Assembly (NCBI GenBank): GCA_963740315.1
Contig: CAVUDP010000001.1
Span: forward strand, 544,001-608,000
Source: an uncultured cyanobacterium
Lineage (GTDB): Bacteria; Cyanobacteriota; Cyanobacteriia; Cyanobacteriales; Nostocaceae
DNA: 64,000 nucleotides
Direction: 5' to 3'
The position numbers and the translations under genes are program-made. This document shows positions 10,432-17,981 of the stretch, one piece after another (the first letter of the stretch is position 1; every line of letters starts with the position of its first letter). The notes under the pieces were generated by a model. The model made no database searches. It saw only the letters and a program-made list of their open reading frames with translations, and was not told where the DNA came from.

Positions 10432-10596
10432 GTAGGTTGGGTTAGACACTAAAAAAAAATTGGTTGTAACGAAAATTTAAATCTGGTGTCGTAACCCAAC
10501 ATCATCGTTGTAGATGTAATAAAAGATAAGGGGTTACGACGCTATATCAATTCTTAATTAAAACCCTATATCACAGATGCGTCTAACCCAACCTAC
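10432..10596. repeat. REP-like dispersed element (GTAGGTTGGGTTAGAC...GTCTAACCCAACCTAC)
   Basis: Perfect 16-bp terminal inverted repeat; near-identical to 9282-9446; right-half copy at about 9830-9867. Confidence 0.8.
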
Positions 10597-10617
10597 AACT
10601 ACAACTGCTAACTGAAA

Positions 10618-11157
10618 ATGAGCCTTTATTTCATCGCTTTATTACCACCGCAATCAATCCAAGATTACGCTACTGAAGTTAAGCAATATTTTGCCGATCG
10701 CTACGACAGCAAGCACGCTTTCAAATCACCACCCCATATTACGTTACAACCTCCTTTTGAATGGAATACGCATAAAATAACCGATTTGGAGGAATGTTTG
10801 CAGAAGTTTGTTATGGGAAGAAATTCAATCCCAGTCACTCTTAATGGTTATAATGCCTTTGTTCCTCGCGTTATCTATATTGATGTAGTTAAAACCATTA
10901 AGTTGATGAATTTGCAAGCCGATTTAATGGTTTATTTAGAAAACCATCTGGAGATAGTTGACAAGGTTGCTAAATCTCGCGGTTTTACTCCTCACATGAC
11001 AGTTGCTTTTAAAGATTTGAAGCGAAATCATTTTCAAGCTGCTTGGATGGAATTTGAAAATAAAGAATTGCATTTTGAGTTTAATGCGAGGAAGTTGACG
11101 CTGTTGAAGCATGAAGATAAAAAATGGAATATTGTTTCATTGTTTGAATTTGTATAA
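10618..11157 (+). CDS. 2'-5' RNA ligase-like 2H phosphoesterase
   Basis: Two HxT motifs (PHITL, PHMTV). Confidence 0.88.
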   Translation: MSLYFIALLPPQSIQDYATEVKQYFADRYDSKHAFKSPPHITLQPPFEWNTHKITDLEECLQKFVMGRNSIPVTLNGYNAFVPRVIYIDVVKTIKLMNLQADLMVYLENHLEIVDKVAKSRGFTPHMTVAFKDLKRNHFQAAWMEFENKELHFEFNARKLTLLKHEDKKWNIVSLFEFV

Positions 11158-11375
11158 TCTTCAGGTATAACTTTGAAGTAAATCACCTTGTTTGTATAAA
11201 CAGGCTTTTTTTTTTTGATTTTTTTGGAAACAGCTAAGTATATTTCCGGAAACTTAAAAAGAGCAATGAAGCCCGGTTTCTCGATCTTCTATTTAACCTT
11301 AAAAGTATGTTTTGTCCTGCGTATATTTCCGGAAAATTTCAGGGAGGTATGTAGTTAAAAGAAGGAAATACAATA

Positions 11376-12452
11376 GTGGAAGGTACTATGACTACTAGCT
11401 TTATTGTTCTTGAAGCAGGCACAACTGGATTAAAAGTATCAAAATTACAAGAAGGTTTAAAACAGCTTAACTTTTATTTTGGTGCGATCGATGGCGTTTT
11501 TGGTGCGAAAACCTCTTCAGCATTAATTAAGTTTCAACAGCCTTACAATCATCTGCCGTCGAATGGAATTGTAGATGCAGAAACGATTTTACAACTGGAT
11601 GAAGATGTATGGTTATCGCGAAAAGAGGTTTTGCGGGAAGGTTGTACGGGTGAAGAAGTCAAAGCACTTCAAGAGATGTTTACTAATTACGATTTACAAA
11701 GCTTGAAAATAGATGGATATTTTGGCAGAAAAACCAAAGAAGCTGTAATTTGGTTTCAGCAAAATTGGGGTTTGCAAGCAGATGGGATTGTAGGAAAACA
11801 AACTTGGGCTGCTTTATATCGCCATCAAGTTCATGATGTACCTTATGGAGACAGAGTTAGTTATTTCTTTGGGGAGTTGGATATAGAATTAATTAAGTTA
11901 CCACTTAAAAAAGGTGATGGAAGTCACGATGTTTTAATTTTGCAAAAATTCCTGAATTACGTTTCTGGAAGTACTAGCTCCATTTTAGAAGATGGTGATT
12001 TTGGGCAAGCAACCGAACAAGCTGTAAAAAACTTTCAGCAACGTCAGGGTTTAATTGCTGATGGAGTTGTGGGAATGCAAACTTATCAAGCCATGATTTC
12101 TGAAGGATTAAATCAGCAGGTGATAGATCAACTTTTAAGTTACCGTTACGGAAAATTATTAGACTTTACTCAAGGAAAAGAGATTGAGATTGTAGAAGAT
12201 GCAGCGGTAAGAGGTGAATCTGTTATTTACAGACTTGAGGTAGCACCCGAACAAAGTTTTCTTATTGTAATTACTTCTTTGGAAAATAACGCCGTATTTG
12301 ATTTAGTTAGAGTTGGCGATGGTGAAGTTTATGTCCAAGAATCAACTAATTGTCAGGTTTTTCTAAAAGCGGGTAAATATTCTATTAATGTAGGTGGAAC
12401 TCGCGGTAATGCTAGCTATACTTTAAAGGTTGAGTCCATAGTTGGTTGTTAG
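11376..12452 (+). CDS. Peptidoglycan-binding domain protein (three PG_binding_1 units plus a C-terminal beta domain)
   Basis: Three DG.FG..T..A...FQ....L..(D/N)G.V units. Start is GTG 11376 or ATG 11388. Confidence 0.88.
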   Translation: MEGTMTTSFIVLEAGTTGLKVSKLQEGLKQLNFYFGAIDGVFGAKTSSALIKFQQPYNHLPSNGIVDAETILQLDEDVWLSRKEVLREGCTGEEVKALQEMFTNYDLQSLKIDGYFGRKTKEAVIWFQQNWGLQADGIVGKQTWAALYRHQVHDVPYGDRVSYFFGELDIELIKLPLKKGDGSHDVLILQKFLNYVSGSTSSILEDGDFGQATEQAVKNFQQRQGLIADGVVGMQTYQAMISEGLNQQVIDQLLSYRYGKLLDFTQGKEIEIVEDAAVRGESVIYRLEVAPEQSFLIVITSLENNAVFDLVRVGDGEVYVQESTNCQVFLKAGKYSINVGGTRGNASYTLKVESIVGC

Positions 12453-12565
12453 TTGTTTGCAATATTTAGCTGTATTCTCAACAAAAATAGAGTGTTTGAA
12501 TGAGAAAGTTATAACGGGTAATGGATTCTGGATAGGTTATAAATTTTAAGTATTTTTGATAATTA

Positions 12566-12598
12566 AGAAACCTGATTTTACTAAAAATCGGGTTTTTT
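12566..12598. terminator. Bidirectional hairpin between convergent genes
   Basis: AAACCTGATTTT-acta-AAAATCGGGTTT stem with a T-run on the right. Confidence 0.55.
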
Positions 12599-12631
12599 AA
12601 CGTTAAAATCGCGATCGTTATTTAATCCCTG

Positions 12632-14773
12632 TTATCTTCTTAAAATGTTCCAAAACCCAGAAATTTTATCTTTATCCTTCTCTTTTTGATTTTGTTCTAA
12701 TTTCTCTCTCTCTTTTTCTTCTAATTTCTCTTTTATTTTCTTACTAGCTCTAATTGCTTCTTGATAATCTGGCTTATATTTAATTGCGGTATCGTAAGCT
12801 AAGATCGCTTCTTTCTCTTTTCCTAAATTAATTAACGCATTACCTTTGCTATACCAGCTTTCGGAATGGTCTTTTTTGTAGCGAATTGCGCGATTGTAAG
12901 CCGATATTGCTTCTTGATATTTTTGCAAATTATAAAGCGAATTGCCGCGATTGTACCATACTTTGTAATCGTTTCGCCGGACTGCGATCGCTTTGTCGTA
13001 AGATGCAACTGCTTCTTCATAACGTTGAATTTGATGCAGCGCCCAACCTATGGAGTATAAGGCATCAAAGTTTTTGGGATTATATTTTAATACTTCTTGA
13101 AAAGATTCGATCGCGTCGGGATAGCGTCGCAAACTTATCAGTACGTTACCTCTCGATAACCAAGCTTGGTAAAAATTAGGTTTGTACTGTACTGCTTTAG
13201 AGTAAGCTTTAAATGCATCGTTCTTGCGATCTAAATTAATTAGAGCATTACCGCTATTGTACCAAGCAAGTGAATTATTTGGCTTTAAATCGATAACTTG
13301 TTCGTAAGTAGAAAGCGCATCTTTATAGCGTTTCAAATTAAATAACGCCCAAGCTTTGTTATACCAAGCCCGTTCGTACTCTGGCTGTAATTCTACTGCG
13401 CGATCGTAAGATTTTATTGCTTCGTCATATCTTTTTAAATTGCTTAAAGCCTCTCCTTTAGCATTCAAAACGTCGGGAGATTCTGGCTGTAATTTCAAAG
13501 ATTTATCAAAAGAGTAAATAGCCTCTTGATATCGCTGTAGTTTACTTAATGCAAAACCTCTTCCACTCCAAGCATCTTGATAACTTGGTTCAATTTGAAT
13601 TGCTTTATCGTATGCCCAGAGTGCTTCTTGGTGTGAGTTTAACTCATATAGTGCTTTGGCTTGTCCGTTCCATGCTTGAGCGTATTCTGGTTTAATTTCT
13701 AATGCTTTTTTATAACTAGAAAGTGCGTCTTGATAGCGCTGCAATTCATAAAATGTATTAGCTTTTTTATATAGATCGCCAGCGTTAGCAGAATTAATAC
13801 TGTTAATAATAAATATAGATGCCGTTGCCCCAATTCCGGTTAACAACATCGCCATAAAAGCTTTGATAAATAATTTTTTTACTTTTATCTTTTTACGAGG
13901 CTTGGGAGTTGGAGGGTAAGGCGCAATATTCAATACCATCGTGCCATTCGATTGCTGATTTAGATTTTTTAAAGCTTCTAATGTTTGAGTCGCCGAAGCA
14001 TAACGCACTCTAAAATCATAACGCACCATTTTATCTAAAATTTCAGCAAACTCAGGACTGACTTTAGCGTGTTTTTGCCAAACAATTTCGTTAGTATCAT
14101 CATCCTTTTCCAATTCCTCTGGAGACAACCCGGTAAGGGCGCTAATACTCATTATCCCCAAAGCATAAATATCGCTACTAAATCTTGGCTCTCCCTGTGC
14201 TTGTTCGCTGGGAATGTATCCGGGAGTACCAATAGCTACAGTAATTTGTGTTTGATTTTTCGGAGAAACTATTTGAGTAGTAATTTGTTTAACCGCACCA
14301 AAATCAATTAAAACTAATTTACCATTCTCGTGTCTGAGGATATTTCGGGGATTAATATCGCGATGAATTACCTTTTGCTGATGGACAAATTCTAAGATTT
14401 CTAGTATCTCTTGTAAAAGGGAAATAACTTTATCTTGACTTATAGGTTCAGAGGGCTTTATTTCTTCGTTTAAATCATGCCCGTTAATATATTCCTGTAC
14501 CAGATAAAATTCTTGATTTTCCTCGAAATAAGCTAAAAGTTGGGGAATATGTTCGTGTATTCCTAACTTATACAAAACCTGAGCTTCGGTATCGAATAAG
14601 CGTCTTGCCGTTTGTAATGTAACGGGATCGGTTGCTTGCGGCTTCAGCTTTTTCACAACACATTTAGGAGAACCCGGTAAATGCGTATCGTAAGCTACAA
14701 AGGTTTCACCAAATCCCCCACCTCCCAAATTGCTAATTATTTCGTATCTTCCAACAAGTGTATTTCCCAACAT
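12632..14773 (-). CDS. Hanks-type Ser/Thr protein kinase with a TM segment and C-terminal TPR repeats
   Basis: LGGGGFG, VVKKL, HRDINPRN, DFG, GTPGY and SDIYALG motifs; a TM segment, then about 10 TPRs. Confidence 0.93.
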   Translation of the reverse strand: MLGNTLVGRYEIISNLGGGGFGETFVAYDTHLPGSPKCVVKKLKPQATDPVTLQTARRLFDTEAQVLYKLGIHEHIPQLLAYFEENQEFYLVQEYINGHDLNEEIKPSEPISQDKVISLLQEILEILEFVHQQKVIHRDINPRNILRHENGKLVLIDFGAVKQITTQIVSPKNQTQITVAIGTPGYIPSEQAQGEPRFSSDIYALGIMSISALTGLSPEELEKDDDTNEIVWQKHAKVSPEFAEILDKMVRYDFRVRYASATQTLEALKNLNQQSNGTMVLNIAPYPPTPKPRKKIKVKKLFIKAFMAMLLTGIGATASIFIINSINSANAGDLYKKANTFYELQRYQDALSSYKKALEIKPEYAQAWNGQAKALYELNSHQEALWAYDKAIQIEPSYQDAWSGRGFALSKLQRYQEAIYSFDKSLKLQPESPDVLNAKGEALSNLKRYDEAIKSYDRAVELQPEYERAWYNKAWALFNLKRYKDALSTYEQVIDLKPNNSLAWYNSGNALINLDRKNDAFKAYSKAVQYKPNFYQAWLSRGNVLISLRRYPDAIESFQEVLKYNPKNFDALYSIGWALHQIQRYEEAVASYDKAIAVRRNDYKVWYNRGNSLYNLQKYQEAISAYNRAIRYKKDHSESWYSKGNALINLGKEKEAILAYDTAIKYKPDYQEAIRASKKIKEKLEEKEREKLEQNQKEKDKDKISGFWNILRR

Positions 14774-15009
14774 TTTTATACAGTTAACAGTGAGCAGTAA
14801 CCAGTGAGCAGTTATCAGTGAGCAGTTATCATTATTAGATTATTTTCTACTTTCTAATTCCGAAGTTCTAACTCCTAACTTCTAACTTAACAACAGACGT
14901 AGCAGTGCGGAGCTCTCTACAATTTTTAATCCAAAATCTAAAACTTGTGCTGAGCAGTTCGACGTAGCTCACTGTAAGACTTGCCGAAGTATCTAAAATC
15001 TAAAATTAT

Positions 15010-15714
15010 ATGATTCCTATTGGCGATAAAATTTTTCTTTCAAGTAATAAAAAACCGTTAGTTGTTTGGTTTTTGATTGGTATAAATATTGCTTTATTTT
15101 TATGGGAAGTAAAATTAGAAATTAATGGCGAGCTAGCTACTTTTTTCAATAATTGGGGTGTGATTCCGGAACAATTTGGTACGGCTTTCGGTAGTGCCAT
15201 AAATGGAAATCCGGCGGCTTGGTTAATTGTTTTTTGGCGTTCGTTGTCAATCTTTTCAGGGATGTTTATTCATGGAAGTTACAGTCAAATTATCGGGAAT
15301 TTGATATTTTTGTGGGTTTTTGGCAATACTTTAGAGAAGATTATTGGTAGCGGACGTTTTTTATTATTTTATCTATTTTGCGGCTTTTTGACTGGAATAG
15401 TACAAATATTCGCCGAGCCGAGTTTATCGGTACCTTTGATTGGTGCGAATGGTGCGATCGCATCTGTTTTAGGAGCATATATTTATAAGTTTCCTAAAGT
15501 AAAAATTGACTCTATTTTACCTTTGGTAATTTTATATATCCCCGTCGAACTACCCGCTTTTTTCTATTGTTTCTGGTGGTTTGTGCAACAATTGTCTTAC
15601 GGTATTGGCAGTTTAAATATTCAGGGTGGTGTCAATCCCATCGGTACAGGTTATTTAGCGCAGGGTGCTGGTTTATTTATTGGTGTCGCTTGGATGGTAA
15701 TTATGAGATTATGA
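15010..15714 (+). CDS. Rhomboid-family membrane protein lacking the catalytic dyad
   Basis: MFIHG....GNL.FLWVFG..LE...G..RFL.FY is present, but GANG replaces GxSG and YLAQG replaces AHxGG. Confidence 0.85.
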   Translation: MIPIGDKIFLSSNKKPLVVWFLIGINIALFLWEVKLEINGELATFFNNWGVIPEQFGTAFGSAINGNPAAWLIVFWRSLSIFSGMFIHGSYSQIIGNLIFLWVFGNTLEKIIGSGRFLLFYLFCGFLTGIVQIFAEPSLSVPLIGANGAIASVLGAYIYKFPKVKIDSILPLVILYIPVELPAFFYCFWWFVQQLSYGIGSLNIQGGVNPIGTGYLAQGAGLFIGVAWMVIMRL

Positions 15715-16188
15715 TCGTATTTATTTTGCGATCGCTCCACTTTCTTCAACGCGATCGCCATTTTTTCAAATACTACTCGAAAAAAAACTTTTAATGGCAA
15801 CCCTTATCTGATAAGATTATTTATATAAAGACACGTTCTAATAATGGGAATATTCGCGGTTTTTTTTAACTAGGCACAAATTTCCATTATAAAAAAAACC
15901 ATTTCTTATCTATTACTAATTATCTCACATCGCGGACATTTTTTTCTCCCTAATTAAATTTATATTTTTTTTTAAAATTACTCCCGTCTCGGTCCTGGGG
16001 ATTATCTATAAAATTTCTACCCCCTCTACCCCCTCTACCCCCTCTCCCCAACATAAAGAACCTCTACCCCCTCTCCCCCTCGCTAATCATAAAGCCGGGG
16101 AGGAAAAAGCAAGATTCTAGCAACGCTCGCTTTCTTCTATGAAACAATAGAATAAAGGTGTTATAGATTAGCTTCGTTGCTTGCAGCC

Positions 16189-17019
16189 ATGTCAGAAATT
16201 ACAGTATCTGAGGAAAGTACACCACCCCCAACACAATACGAACTTCCTTGTGATGATGGTGTACCAATGGAAACTCAACGGCATAAACTTCAGATGGATA
16301 TGCTCATAGATACTCTATCACCTTGGTTGGCGATGCGAAATGATGGGTATGTGGGCGGTAATATGTTTGTGTATTTTAGTTTGGCACAAATTAGAACCCA
16401 AGATTTCCGGGGACCCGATTTTTTTGCGGTGTTAGGAGTACCTAAAAAAGAACGACTTTCTTGGGTGGTTTGGGAAGAAGGAAAAGCTCCTGATGTGGTG
16501 ATTGAGTTGTTATCGGAAAGTACTGCCGCACGGGATAAAAATGAGAAGAAGTTGATTTATCAAAACCAAATGCGGGTACCCGAATATTTCTGGTTCGATC
16601 CTTTTAACCCGGATGATTGGGCTGGTTTTTCCATGCAACATGGAGTATATCAAACTATAGCTGTAAATACTCAAAATCAACTGGTAAGTCAATCTTTGGG
16701 TTTAGCTTTAACACGTTGGCAAGGTATTTATAAAGGTATTGAAGCAGTTTGGTTGCGTTGGGTGACAATCGAAGGTGAGTTATTACCAACTTCTGATGAT
16801 ATAGCCGAGCAAGAAAAACGACGTGCCGAACTTGAAAGACGACGCGCAGAACAACAAAGACAGCTTGCCGAACAACAAAGACAGCGTGCGGAACTTGCAG
16901 AATCTCAATTAAAACAAGTTGCTGTTAATTTATTGCAGCAAGGAATGGCGGTAGAAGAGGTAGCGAGATTAACAAATTTATCAGTTTCTCAAGTTGAAGA
17001 ATTTGGTAGAGGGGGATAA
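16189..17019 (+). CDS. Uma2/DUF820 family protein with a coiled-coil tail
   Basis: DDGVPMET..H, GPDFFAV, SWVVWEEGKAPDVVIELLS and VPEYFWFDP motifs. Confidence 0.9.
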   Translation: MSEITVSEESTPPPTQYELPCDDGVPMETQRHKLQMDMLIDTLSPWLAMRNDGYVGGNMFVYFSLAQIRTQDFRGPDFFAVLGVPKKERLSWVVWEEGKAPDVVIELLSESTAARDKNEKKLIYQNQMRVPEYFWFDPFNPDDWAGFSMQHGVYQTIAVNTQNQLVSQSLGLALTRWQGIYKGIEAVWLRWVTIEGELLPTSDDIAEQEKRRAELERRRAEQQRQLAEQQRQRAELAESQLKQVAVNLLQQGMAVEEVARLTNLSVSQVEEFGRGG

Positions 17020-17021
17020 AT

Positions 17022-17501
17022 ATGGGTAAACTAATACTGCCAAATCTTCAGGGAAAACAGATGGGGCAAGTAATTGCTACTCTTACCGTTACGAATAGAA
17101 TTGACCAAGTTTTGGCTGAACGAGGTTTTATTACGCCAGAAGAAGTACGAACAAGTATTTTGACTGATGTTTTAGTTGATACGGGGGCTACTTTATTGTG
17201 TTTGCCTTCTGCTGTAATTAGTCAATTAGGTTTAGTTGAAGGGGGAGAAGCAAGAGTAGATAGCGTTGGAGTTCAAAAGGGACGGATTTTTCGTGATGTT
17301 GATTTATGTATAGAAAATCGTCAAGGTACTTTTGATTGTTTGGAGCTTACAGAAGTTTCCTTTGCTTTATTAGGTGTAACTCCAATGGAAGTTTTAGGTT
17401 TAGAACCCGATTTAAGAAATCGTAAGTTAAGAGTTTTACCAATGAATTCGGAGCAAACTTATCTTAGTCTGTTTCCTTCGCAAGTCGTACAGAGGATGTA
17501 A
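17022..17501 (+). CDS. Clan AA (retropepsin-like) aspartyl protease
   Basis: LVDTGAT catalytic motif and ALLGVTPME motif. Confidence 0.85.
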   Translation: MGKLILPNLQGKQMGQVIATLTVTNRIDQVLAERGFITPEEVRTSILTDVLVDTGATLLCLPSAVISQLGLVEGGEARVDSVGVQKGRIFRDVDLCIENRQGTFDCLELTEVSFALLGVTPMEVLGLEPDLRNRKLRVLPMNSEQTYLSLFPSQVVQRM

Positions 17502-17573
17502 ACTATGATACGTTCAAGCAAATAATAGACTGCTAGAATACAACTGTATAATCTCTTACTTGTATTTTTATTT

Positions 17574-17981
17574 ATGGAACCTTTAAGTACTGCTGCGATC
17601 GCTATCGGTTCTGTAGTTGCTACCAAAGCTTTAGAAAAAACGGGCGAAAAAGTAGGCGAAGCATTATGGGATAAAACTGGTAAGTTTCTCGTCACGCTTA
17701 AAAAACATTCTCCCCATACCATTACTGCAATTGAAAAAGCACCCGTTCAACCAATTGATTACGGTAAAGCTGTAGTAGAAGTAGAATCTGCTGCTCAAGA
17801 GAATCCCGAAGTAAATCAAGCAATGGAAGAAGTAGCAGCAGCAGCCAAGGCTGATCCAAAAGTAGCTCCCATAATAAATAACATTAACTCTGAATCACCA
17901 ACCGTTGTAAATAACACGAAGTTAGCTGAGTATATTAAAAACGTATTTCAAGGAAATACTATAATTGGTGGTAATTTTTGA
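17574..17981 (+). CDS. Small helical protein, BELL/HeLo-like effector candidate with an N/G/hydrophobic-rich tail
   Basis: 135 aa. N-terminal hydrophobic helix (AAIAIGSVVATKA), helical body, tail KNVFQGNTIIGGNF. Lies immediately upstream of an NB-ARC gene in the same frame. Confidence 0.75.
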   Translation: MEPLSTAAIAIGSVVATKALEKTGEKVGEALWDKTGKFLVTLKKHSPHTITAIEKAPVQPIDYGKAVVEVESAAQENPEVNQAMEEVAAAAKADPKVAPIINNINSESPTVVNNTKLAEYIKNVFQGNTIIGGNF

